Assembly (NCBI GenBank): GCA_049724395.1
Contig: JAUGWO010000136.1
Location: 186,001-250,000 of the forward strand
DNA length: 64,000 nt
Direction of reading: 5' to 3'
Source: Spongospora subterranea f. sp. subterranea
Taxonomy: Eukaryota
The notes under the pieces are model-generated. The model was given only the letters and a program-made list of their open reading frames with translations. It did not search any database and was not told the DNA's origin. Position numbers and translations under genes: made by a program. Shown here in pieces: positions 27,421-39,175 of this stretch (the first letter of the stretch is position 1; the number at the start of each line of letters is the position of its first letter).

Positions 27421-28996
27421 CAATAATGAGCGACGCCAAATAGCGCCCTCTATGATCCCTGTAAGTTTTCGTGACCAGACTTTATGACATCTCTTGCAAA
27501 TGCTTTCGAAGATTCCCATGAGCCTTCCAAATCACTGAATTCCTTCCAGTGAATCACCGCCGCCCCTCATACTGACTGGACTCCGACTTTCAGGGATCGC
27601 CATCTGGCGCTGATCGGAACCGAACCGTATCGAACACTTTCGAACCGTTCCAATAAATCATCACCGTTAGCGATCCCCTTACAAATCCTCTTCGATAATC
27701 GAGTTCAAATTTATCATATCAACTCGATTTATACCATGTATGTATTTCAAAATTCTGGAGCCTGTTTTAAAAACACTGGACGAATAATAAGATCCGGTTC
27801 GACATGAGATACATATCGCCAAGGCGGAGAAGGGAGTATCATCGACACAATTTTTTCTCCAAACGTCTTCGCCAGCCCATTTTGACAATATCGTTCCGTG
27901 TTCGAACATTCAAGTTTGACGGTATGTGCACAAAGATCGTTGGCTACTCGTTTGACGTGTGCTCACGCCCATGTCCCCCCGTAGCCCGCTGAACACATTT
28001 TTGATCGACATAAAATGGTTTCACTATTATGTCTCAGTCCCAATATCTCTTGTTTTCCTTTTAATTAGGTTGGTCTTCAATGCTGTTCATCATGCGCTTG
28101 TAAAATACGTTCCCCATTTTACTCTGCGAGGATGATATCGTCAGATTTGGTGACGCTACTCAATCTTGTTCCCATATTCTTTGTTGATGTCACGACCAGC
28201 GACCACATTTTTGTCCAAGTCCACAGAATATAAAGCCACCTTTATCTTGCTACATTGGGTTAACTGATTAGGCTCTTCGAATAATCGTTCCTCAATTTTC
28301 ACGATGTTGATCGTCTATGTTGGTTATAACCATAATCCATGAAAAAGCCTCAAGATCAATGCCAATTAATCGTTTCAGTTCAGATGGACGTTTGACTTAT
28401 TTCATCGCTTATACACCGATCCTATCTGGTTTTGTTGTACCCAGAAATGGCTCTTCATAATTTCCGCTGGATAGTTAGCCAGGCTCAACTAATGAAAAGG
28501 GGAACGCGAGTCAAGGTCTAGTATAGCTCCAACAGCCCATCCAGACGTCATCTTCTGTGAAAGACGAACCGATCATCATTTCCTAAAATGATGCCCAGTC
28601 CTATAATTCAATGAACCAGAACTATATACATTATTCAGTCAATGAGGCCAGAAGATGGAACAAGAATCAGAGGTAATCTGATTTCCGCCAGCGCTTCGAA
28701 GACGATCAGTTTGGTGTGTGGGTCGACTGGATAGGACAATGATGACCGAGAGATGGTGTCTGCGATATATCGAGAATTGACTCTGCCATAAACAGCATCC
28801 CTAACAAGCCCATGAACGGTCCCTTCATATCTCATGGTATTATCGTTGGGAAAACTCGTTGTCGTCCGACGCCTGTGATGGACATCGATTTCAGAATGAA
28901 AGGACGTTGTACCGGTGTTGGGATTGGGACTGGATCGGGCGAGCGATCGACGTGCACGTACCCTGGGGTTAATCTGTAATCGGTAAGGCTAGCAAA

Positions 28997-30353
28997 ATGA
29001 AATCAGCTCGCGATGACGAGTCGCTTTTGCCGAATTCCTATCACGATGCGTTAGGGAAAGACCACGCCCCGCCTTATTCCGCTCATTTGAGCGGTTCACG
29101 AGCGTTCGCTCTTAGCGTTAAAGTAAAGAGTTCCAACAACGCCTATCTGATTGATAATCCAGATTGGTTCTGTTGATTTAGTCGATTGTTGGTAGCGGTA
29201 TATTCGCCATCCCATATGGGTTTAGTCAAGCTGGGTTAATAGGCGGCATCATCATTCTCACAGCCGTGTTCGTTCTATCGTTCATCGGCGGTCTCCTTCT
29301 GATTCGGTGTCGGGATAATATCTCCAATCTCAGCGGAGGGGTCCATAACAATATATCGTGTAATTGAGATCAAACTCAACAATTCTCTGTGAACTTTGAT
29401 TGACTTGACCCAAATCAGATGGCGATCTGGGCAATTCCGCATTTGGCTGGAAGGGGCGAACAGCGATCAATACCATGATCGTCTGTTTACAGATCGGGAC
29501 GGTGATTGTCTATTCGGTGTTCATTATCGAGACACTTTCCGACGTATTTCCTCGTGGGCAAACCTGGGTGTTTGCCTGTAGTCTTTCCCTGATATTCACC
29601 CCCGTTTTACTGCTTCGCCGAGTCGATGTTGTGGCGGTTCTGGCGTCATTAGCCGACTGCTTCTCCATAATCGGGCTGTTCATCTGCTGTCTCCTGCTGA
29701 TCATCAACGATGGGTTCGGGAAGGTGTACAAGCCTGAACTGTTTGTCGGCGACCATTGGTGGCTCTCCGTTGGAATTATGGTGTTCTCGGTTGAAGGTGT
29801 CTGTCTCATTCTACCGATCTACTCATCGATGAAATCTCCAACTCAATACCCTTTGATATGGACGAGCACGATGACCTCTGTATATGTTTTATATCTCACG
29901 TTCGGGGTTCTGGGATATTTGGCATTTGGCCAAACCACCGACGACATTGTGTTGTCGAACTTCAGGCCGTCGCCGTCCAAGGAAATCGCCCAGATAATCT
30001 ACTGTTTGTCTTTGGTATTATCCGCGTCCGTTCAAGCATTGCCGGCGTTTGATATCATGGAGAGATCGGCGAAGGCAGTTAGTGGTACGTCAAACGAGTC
30101 GTCATCATCGTCGATAGGCAGAATGAGTTTGGGTATCGGGTCGTCGCTGATTGCATGCTATGTTCCCGGGTTCGCCATGGTCGTCACCATGCTGGGCTGC
30201 ATATTTGGGTCAATGCTGACATTGGGAATACCAGCGATGCTACAGCTACAGCTGAATATCAACCTGACTCGACCTAAACGGGTTCTATTGTACATATTGA
30301 TGGCCGTATCCATATGTTCAACTATACTGGGGTTGATCATCATTCCAATGTGA
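28997..30353 (+). CDS. Amino-acid transporter (Aa_trans; SLC36/AVT3-like), 3 exons
   Basis: KSIVGSGIFAIPYGFSQAGLIGG, YGDLGNSAFGWKGR, GIMVFSVEGVCLILPIYSSMKSP and FGVLGYLAFG, with multiple TM segments. Confidence 0.92.
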
Positions 30354-30742
30354 TCATACTATAGGATATCGGCCCGCACCCAAACCTACCACATAGCAAT
30401 GTTAGATAATAAAACCATAATCCAACGACAGGTCATCACCTGGATCAGTTGTTTGAGTCAACTGTGTGGCGATTCTTCAAAATTATGAATATAGTGGAAA
30501 CATCCGGATTTGTGAAGAACGTGGTTAAATCTAACATCATATTTAGAGTTTGATTGAAGTTCCCGGTACTTTCCTGTGAAGATTCCTGCACGGATGGCCA
30601 ATCCAGCGAGCCGTCAATTGTCTCCGGTGGTCGGCTCTACGGAGTCCGGGGCTCCTCTGATCCGCTATTCGGGGTTCAATCAGAAATTCGCAATAGTAGT
30701 ACTACCCAGCTAATCAAATTATTTTCATCCCTCATAACGCAA

Positions 30743-31312
30743 ATGGAGAATTTAGCGTTGGATGAAGACACCATTACTTCAATCAACGATGTTGAGCAAA
30801 GTCTGGAGTCTGCTCTGAGCGCATTGTCAAAGCTAGATCAGGTGTCGTTCAATGTTGCAGTTGAATCTCTGTCGGTAGTGGATGCAGCTCGGTTTCATGC
30901 ATCAACCGCCTTTGGACTAGGGGCATTATACTTTGCTTACCTAAGGTCTATTGGGGAAAAGCCACAGGATCACGCCATTAATAAGGAGATCGGCCGCATC
31001 AAATACTACTTTGAGAAGATAAAAAACGGCCAGGGCGCTGATGATAAACCTTCGACAAAACTTGATACAGGTGCGGCTGACCGATTTATTCGACACGCTC
31101 TTGGATCTCAGATAGACCTCGATGCCGAATCCGTTGATGCTCGTGAACAAGCTAGTCAAGCGCATGGTAGAACTCATCAACGATTCACAACGTCGAACGC
31201 CCGATCTACGGTTGCCCCTGAAACTAATAATATTCTGTGGCAGAAGCTGCAGGCAACGACTTCTACTACTGAAGAGCTCGTGGAGAAATTTTTGCAGCAG
31301 AAACGCCGATAA
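30743..31312 (+). CDS. C1D: C1D/Rrp47 nuclear exosome cofactor (Sas10/C1D family)
   Basis: LSVVDAARFHASTAFGLGALYFAYLRSIGEKPQDHAINKEIGRIKYYFEKIK...LDTGAADRFIRHAL. ATG at 30743. Confidence 0.85.
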   Translation: MENLALDEDTITSINDVEQSLESALSALSKLDQVSFNVAVESLSVVDAARFHASTAFGLGALYFAYLRSIGEKPQDHAINKEIGRIKYYFEKIKNGQGADDKPSTKLDTGAADRFIRHALGSQIDLDAESVDAREQASQAHGRTHQRFTTSNARSTVAPETNNILWQKLQATTSTTEELVEKFLQQKRR

Positions 31313-31593
31313 TATTGCTCAAAATGTATATAAATCCATAACTTATCCCCGGCTAAGAATGATTGGTTGGTCTGTGATTAACGTACACGCGGTGAAAACA
31401 ATGGTAAAAATCCACCCGCGCAGCGTTCACGTCTTTTACGAAGAAAGCTCATGCCGATGGCGATTAGTGAGAGAGCCGCGATTTCTCCTGCAACCCGTCA
31501 GGATTGTGCCCAAAAAAGTCCAGCGGCCATTCATCAGGGTTTCTCTAGTAATTACTTGTTTTTTTCTCAAACTCACAATTGACTTTTTTTGAT

Positions 31594-31746
31594 TTGACGT
31601 TCCCCAGTCCGCTCTGGTTCTCCATTTCCGCTCTGTTTGCCCCTTTTACGTTTTCAGTCCGCTCTGTTTATCTCATTTACGTTATTCAGTCGGCTTTGGT
31701 TTTCCCAGTTACGTTTTTGAGCCCGCTCTGGGGTTATCCCATTTAC
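31594..31746. repeat. Degenerate ~31-33-bp tandem repeat (4-5 copies)
   Basis: Recurring TACGTTTTCAGTCCGCTCTGTTT-like unit with core CCGCTCTG, between C1D and the Erv gene. Confidence 0.7.
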
Positions 31747-31825
31747 AGTCTTCTTTGATAAAGACAACGTCTCTATAGAGAGGAGGGTTTCTATATCAGT
31801 TATAGAGCGGTTACAACAGAATATA

Positions 31826-32484
31826 ATGTATTTCCCTGTAGATGAGGACCATCGTCCTAGGGCGATGCGATCTGTGGCCTACACTTTGTCGAGACAGGCC
31901 AAATCGCAATGGAGACGGCTGGGGTTGACACCGCTCCATTTGGCGTTGGCCACCTTGACCTGCCTCTTGTTTTTTTCTGGACTATGGATACTGTGGAGGC
32001 CCAATCCAAACAGATTGTCCTCAATTCACGGTATTCAACTGCACCTTAATTGTATATGTGAGCCAACCAGAGATTTAGGTCCTTTGTCGAAAAATGAATT
32101 AGGACATGCGACATGGATGTTTCTACATACAGCTGCTGCTCGATTTCCAGAAAATGCCACTCTTTCCCAAAAGAACGATTACACACAGTTAATGCATATT
32201 CTATCGCGAGTATACCCATGCCATGAATGTGCAATTCATTTTCAGGTAAACGCAACTCCAGACGATTCTTTAGTTTTTCCTAAGGAACGCCTACTCAGGA
32301 ATTAATCGAAAAATCCCCTCCGGATACAACAAGCGGCAGCGATTTTCGACTTTGGTTATGCAATGCTCATAACATGGTGAGAGAAAAATTAGGGCAGGTT
32401 AAATACGTTTGTCTAGAAGAAGCCCTCGCTCTAGAATGGCCGGAAAAGCTTCGTGACGAAGATTGTAAATGTAAACCTTCATAA
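31826..32484 (+). CDS. FAD-linked sulfhydryl oxidase, Erv2-like (N-terminal TM, C-terminal CxC)
   Basis: ELGHATWMFLHTAAARFP, YPCHECAIHFQ, WLCNAHNMV...LG and C-terminal DCKCKPS*. One intron near 32246-32299. Confidence 0.88.
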
Positions 32485-32545
32485 AGTAATTCCATTACTT
32501 AAAAAAATCTGTTGGCAGTCATTTATGAACAATGTTTGTCTTAAT

Positions 32546-35179
32546 TTATTGTTTTGTCTTTTTCTTGTGGCTTCTAGCCGAGGATGACTTATTATTCTCA
32601 CGTTTTGATTTCCGGTGTTGCTTGTTTCCTGACTGTTTTCGGTTTTGCCATTTATCTACCTTGGAGTTCTCTTTGGCAGCTTGTGAGGTTAACTCAAGCA
32701 GTTCAGCGAAATCAGCAGCATCTACGAACCTACTAGTGGTCTGTTTCTTTGATGATTTTGTAGTTTGTGGTATTTCGTCGTCGTCCTCACCATCGGAGAG
32801 CATCCCGTCGTCACTGCAATCCATCATTTCATCAGCCTCCAACACCGACCCGTCGCTATCTTCCTGATAATCCTCTTCATCTTCATCAATATCAACCGGA
32901 CCATCAACCTTCGCCAGTTCATTTTCAAACAGCTCGTCGGCAAATTGATCCACTTCAGCATCGTTGTCTTCATGTTGAATGTCAGAGTGGGAGTTAGGTG
33001 TAAGTTCACCTCTATCAATCCGCTGACGGAAGTATCGATGAATAAAGACCTCATCATCTCTGATGTTGCTTTCTTCTGCATTCCAAAATTTCTAAAAAAA
33101 AACAATGATTTAACCATAACGAAACGAAACGGTATACTAGGAGACCTCACCTCAGTATTGACAGGGGCAACCAGAAGTTTCGAAACCTTCGGGGCCAAAT
33201 GAGAGACGGGCCCAGATTGCTTCTTAGGGTTTCGGTAAATGAACCGGTCCAAGAAGTGACTGAGAGAAAAGTCTTGAATAGGATTTCCTTGATAAGAGAT
33301 AGGACTGGAAAGAAGCAACTGTTTTGAAAATTTCTCAACAGAAGGATGATGGTGATGGGACAGACGTATCAATTCCCAAAAACACGTTAAATTTGCATTC
33401 GAATACTGAGGATTTCTTTTCTTGGGATCATACTGCTGAGCCTTCAAATCGGCATCAGATGGACTATCATCCACACCATTGAACCGCTCCATTCCATCTT
33501 TGCCGGAAGCGGCCGGCTGACCGATCAGAACCCAAAGTCCAGAATGAACTTTGGCCACTTCGGAAAGAAGAAATAAGGCGCCGCATATGAAGCCCGGATG
33601 AAAGCATAAACACAGCTGTAAGAGACGCTTGGCGAAGGCAGCAATTCTAGGAAGACTGACGTCGTTCTTCATTGTCCTGAACAGTAAGTTGAGGTAAAGG
33701 GAATGCTTCGATGAATGTTGCAAATGGGGTGAGAGCATCGATTCGTAAAGGGTCGTATAGAATCTATCAGAAAGTGATTGGCGAGCATTCATGACTTGCG
33801 ATAAAAGCATTAGCGCTTGAATAGCAGCATTGAAGTTATTGGAACGAGCAAGTTTGAAAAGGCGGTCGGTCTGAGCATCATAGGCTTCCTCATTCATCAA
33901 GCTCAAGGCAAACGGAAAGCTTCGATTGAGTCCGGTTAATAAGGCAGAGAGAAGACGGGAATCCGTTTCCAAATCATGACGAGTAAATAAAGACAGATAT
34001 AGATCGACCAGTTTCCTAGCAAGGGCGTTCTCGTAATGAGCAATCCGAATTTGACTCAACAATACAACAGCCTGGAACTGAGCACGAACGGTGATATTTG
34101 ATCGGAACAAGAAACGTTCAACTTCAGAAACCACAGCGCTCTTCATATTCGGATGAGTGTCAAATATGGCTGATATCAACCGATGTGCCCTTGAGCAAAC
34201 CTATAAAACAGTTGGGACTGCAGGTCGACAAGAAAACCACAAAATGCAATACCTTGCGGGTAGGGTCCCCGATTTTGTTCACCAAAATAGATAGCAGGCG
34301 AACCTCTCCCTCAGGTCTAGCGCACAGCAACTCTTGGACAAGACCTAATGCTTTTATGCGAAACCACTCCACAGGATCTGAGCATGAAGTCTCGAGAATA
34401 GTGATTACTTCCGAATAAAAGGTCTTGACCTTGTCCTCATGAACTCTGTATACCATCCACATATCGCCTTCTTCCCTCGATAACCTGGGACTGATGATAT
34501 TCCATTCTTGGGAATCCCAGGCACGCAATCTGCGATTTTCGGGCAGCAAGCATCCGGCAAATACATCGCGCAACGCTTCTAAAGCAAGCCATGAGTGTTC
34601 CCTGCTTTTCTTGCGTGCAATTCCCAGCAAACGAGATATTGTAAAACCGGCCAAATGAACCGGCGACTCCTCTGTGGCAACGGCCAGAGCCGATATTTGA
34701 TCCTCCATTGTACCTTTGGTCAATAGTCCACGAAGAATTGAAGAATCGGCATCTTTCGACTTCTTCTTTTTGTTCTCGAATGCGACAACTGCGGCTTCAT
34801 AAAGATGGGTTGCACGGTCCCTGCATACTTGATCTGGCTCCTCGTTCTGCTGGTAATCACCCGATTTATCCATAGCCAACTTTTGTAGTTTAGCGAAATC
34901 CTCATACCAGAAACCGTCAAGATGTTCTGGCACAATCAGGTCATTCAAAGGTCTCGGGTTGGCAACTTTGGAGACTTTGCCATTGTCGAAGAACTTGACG
35001 TGCATGGCATTCTCTGAGGCGCCGTTTGGCGCAACCTTCGATTTTTTTGGATTTACCGTTGCTTTTGACGGGACATTTTTCAATTTGATTTGAGACGGAG
35101 TAGTGACTGAGGCTTTGGCTTTTCCCTTGCCGTTTTGTTTTTTTACCGCTTTGGAGGCGGGAGGCGTCGGTTTGACCAT
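32546..35179 (-). CDS. MAK21: Ribosome biogenesis protein MAK21/NOC1/CEBPZ, 3 exons
   Basis: GTMEDQISAL, RPEGEVRLLSILVNKIGDP, LLSALLTGLNRSFPF, YDPKKRNPQYSNA, HHHPSV, FLDRFIYRNPK, and an acidic/basic tail. Confidence 0.93.
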
Positions 35180-35379
35180 CGACAAGAAGCAATTGATGTA
35201 GGAATTGTACCTTTTACAGCTGATAGGAATAGGCTCACGGGACTTGCGGATTGCGCGGCGGACTTTTCCACTCCTGGGCTCATGTGCGCAGCAGTTGCAC
35301 AAACGAAATTTTTTACGTTCGCATAGGTACGTATCGTTATAGGAAGATCATTTACTACCGTAAGTCGTTCATGCAATTT

Positions 35380-36642
35380 TCACGTCATGATGTTCTTGTT
35401 GTTATTAACATAGTCGCTGTTCACTAACGGTTCTGTAACATCGATAGCTTTGGATGTATGATCCACAGTGATGGGTTCTTCGAGACTAACATTTCCTGCT
35501 TCTTGTCTGTGAACGTTACCGTCGCGGCTGACGTTTTCTAGCTGCATCTTTGCGGATGCGGCAAGCTTGTATATTGAGCTAAAGAATTTCTCGCCCCTTT
35601 CTCCCAGATCGGTTGCCAGCCGTTGAAAGCTTTCCGTTGCGCTTTCGAGTTCGCTTTCAAGGTGACTAACAGATGCGTCCGAAACTTGTTGCCAACTTCC
35701 CATGAGGAGTTCGAGTTTTGCAATCCTGTCGTCTTTAATCCGGATTTTTTCATTCAAGCTCGATATGGTCACTATTAAAAATAGTCATTCTTGGATCAAA
35801 CTGACAGTTACTCGGTTTCTAACGTTGTAGCTCATCGTTCAAGAGTCGTGTCTTGGTATACGAATGTTGAGATTGTCGTACTACTTTCTTGGTCAGTGTA
35901 TCACTGTAGCTAATCTCGTTGAAGCCTTACGGTCATGAGCATAGCTCTCCAGAAGCGATTGATTCAGATTTTGTAAAGCAACGATGGAGTCGAGAGCATG
36001 TCGAAGCTGAACAACAACGCCGTGAGTAATCGCAGAGTCAGAGAGGCTTTGTGCAATAGTCAATCCTTGTTCCTCCAGCTGATTCTAAAGGCAAAGGAAG
36101 AATATGCGATCTAATATCAATGTTATTAACGGTTGACTACCTTCAGTACGAGGTTTTCAGCTTTAATTTTTATCAAAAACCGGTTTTTCTCTTCAACGAC
36201 ACGTTCTAACGTTTTTTTGTCAGAATCTGTAACCAATGCTTGGTTATTTGCGTCCCCTAAAGCCCTTTGAACCTAACCCACATTTTGAAAATTCACTGCA
36301 CCATACTTGCGATTGCAAACCTGAAGCTTCAAACGAATAATTTCTTGTCGAGACTCATCTAGATCAGCGGACTTCTTGCATTTCAGTTCCAAAATCTGTC
36401 TTTCAAGGTCTGCATAGTTCGTGACCATGAGCTGTCCTCGATTGCGTAACTTCTCATTGTTTTTCTTTTAGCACGATAGCCCGTGTTATTATCGCTATTG
36501 CGAGAGGTCGGGGGCATACCTCAAGCCGGATTATCTCATCGATCATGGCATGGATGATGGTCTGCAACTGATCAAGTGCGCATCTGTCCCCGGATCGTAT
36601 TCCGTTCAAAACGGACTCTGTGAACAGCTTATCAAACTCCAT
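35380..36642 (-). CDS. Hypothetical coiled-coil protein, multi-exon
   Basis: First exon MEFDKLFTESVLNG..., heptad-rich internal exons, last exon ORF 35380-35772. Confidence 0.6.
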
Positions 36643-37039
36643 GAACGCGATCTGTTATGGACTTGATCAATGTATATTCCCGATATGGGATTATCAAGGT
36701 GTTATTCCCTGACGCTACTCTATATCGTTTACACGTACGGTTGTAACATGATGCTACTCTATGGCATTACACACGAGGGTACATACATCACTGTCTGTTT
36801 ACAGTGAACCAACATTGCGTTACGCTCTGTACAATTAGAGTCCTGTGCGAATGAGATATTACGCTACAGTGTAGTCGCGACACAGATGGGCGACCGTCAT
36901 TCCTTTTATACAACGTGATTGGGGCTAGTTGGCATTTGGATTATTGCGGTTGGATGTCCTGGCCAGTACTATTCCTTAGTAGCAACTGTCGTCCTCATTT
37001 TTGGCAGTGACTGATGAGACTAATGCTCTTTCTCCTAGT

Positions 37040-38107
37040 TCAATAGAATACTGAAATATACACGAAAATGATCCAGTGAACACAGGGCAGCCAGATCATT
37101 GCAGATGCATTCGAATAGCCTTCAACCTGCTTCTTTGAGTCTTTGGCGATAATATCTCCAATATATCCGGTTGTGGGATTTTTGATAACAACATTCTCCA
37201 TCGGGGGAACGACAATCTGGCTGTTCGATGTGGTATCTGCACTGTTGGTTTTGTTGGTAGGCAATGAATTATTGGAGCTGGGAACAACTACATTATCCAT
37301 AGGTGCAGCCGGTGAAGGAATCTTCAGAGGGTCTCGATTCGGAGCTTTTTGAGCTTTGTTCCGATTCAATTCAGGTTTTGGAGTTGTTCTTGACTTCATT
37401 CGATCCGTCACCTTCGGGTTAGGGGATTTGGGCGCCACATTGTTGCATAGTCGGAAATTATCGAAACAGAATTCACCTGCATTGGCGGGGAACTCGAACG
37501 CAATCGCATGAATACCGAGCGATGGATTGAATTTCGCTGTTTTCCATCGAGATAATGCAATAGTGAGAGTTTGACGCCCGCCATCATGTTTGAACACTGA
37601 CGATAGCTGTATCCGGCTATCCTGGAATATGCCACGATCACATTCGTCAAAATTGCCACCAGATAGCATTATTGAGACATCACGTTTAACCGTCGCCTCC
37701 AGATCAAACTGGATATGCGAAAATGACGAAAAACGTGTATATGCTTCGTTAGAGGACTCCACATTTCCACGCTCCGGATTAGGAACAATGCAATGTGGCT
37801 GGACAGCTGTCAATCAATGTTATTGGAAATCTTTTCTAGTGAACGATACCTCAAACTCCATAAACCAATAGCTTGGCGATGATGCCGCCCGTACTAGAAG
37901 TTGCCCATTCTCCAGCTTGAAGGTACCATTGCGAGATATTGTGTCATCGTCCCCATACATTTCCCCAACGGTCGAGAACGACACCGGGTGGGATAACGCG
38001 TCGCGATTGAAATCGTTCAGCATTAGTTCCTGATAGCATGTTTGCGCTGTCGACGGTCTAGGAAGGATCACCGTTGTCGACATGATAATCCACAAAGCCG
38101 GAACCAT
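37040..38107 (-). CDS. Secreted, probably GPI-anchored surface protein (beta-sandwich-like domain plus P/S/T/N-rich stalk), 2 exons
   Basis: N-terminal signal-like MVPALWIIMSTTVIL, a globular region ending AIAFEF...FCFDNFRL, a low-complexity stalk, then SNASA plus a hydrophobic C-terminus. Confidence 0.7.
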
Positions 38108-38412
38108 AATGGGGGACTTAATTTAAAAATGAGAGTCTGGTCACGATTCTGGACATCGACAGAGGCGCGAACACGACGGCAGATAGTTGATAGAGCTGGC
38201 CAGGACGTCACTGACTTTCCCCAAAGCTAAACTACATCTACACATTTCTAAAAATCCAGAATTCAGATGAAGCGCCCGTTCGCCAGATATCTTCACGTGT
38301 GTGTGGAGCACTCTGCCTTCTAGAACAATTTCATTCCTGCTCTGTAGGATCTATATTGCCCTTAAGGTCCCGGACCTCTTTCTGAATAGTGAGACGAATT
38401 ACAGTCACGGAG

Positions 38413-38886
38413 TTAAATAGTGAGACGGCCAAAAAAGACACGTAACTCACTTCGACCAGACTCTAAATACTCCACAGATCTGAAGAACATAACGGTTGGG
38501 AATCCTTTTAGGGTACGTTTTCCTGGCACATCTGCGTTAACTATTGATCGTCGATGGACGCTTGGGATCTTTGCTGAGCAATTCTGTGGGATTCCCATGG
38601 TGCCTCATCCTCCCCTTCCGCAATTAGCATTGTATAATGGTATTCGATGACATCTGACGACCTCTTCCGTGCGGTCGACGATTATCGAAGTTATCGCTTG
38701 CCCTCAATCAGTACTCAAAGTTTGATCCCGCGAACGGCTGTGTTTCCAAGAGTTTAAAACAAGAATTGATTCTCGTCGTTTGAAATTATTCGCGGCCCGA
38801 CACTGTGCTTGAGTGCTGTGTTCTTCTTTGGTCGTCATCTCAGAGCGAGCACCCCCGCAGGCACTCACGAAAAATACAAGAACCAA
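38413..38886 (-). pseudogene. Possible degraded thioredoxin/PDI-like fragment
   Basis: KGFPTVMFFRSVEY...GRS and IVDRTEE resemble thioredoxin-fold motifs. No CxxC, and several stops. Confidence 0.2.
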
Positions 38887-39175
38887 GTGAAATCAAATTC
38901 GAGATTTTGTAGCACCTCCATGCGTCTATTATTGACCTATTTGAAGGTATACTGACTGAACCGGGACACATTCAATATCTGATTGCCCTGAAATATGGTT
39001 CACAACAGTTATGATATGAGTCAGCGAAAGGTGCTCTAAGAGTTGTAAAAATAAATACCTAAAACAGGTCGTTAGTAAATCAACAAAGCAAACAGGCAGG
39101 AATTTTCGTGTTCGGCGCATCGCAGTGCAACAGGTTGTTGGATTAGAAGTTGTGTATATTTGTGAAATGTAGAAT

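Noticed and set aside
27679..28835. Fragmentary minus-strand ORFs (TILSKWAGED resembles an AAA motif)
   Set aside because: No Walker motifs and no coherent spliced model could be built.
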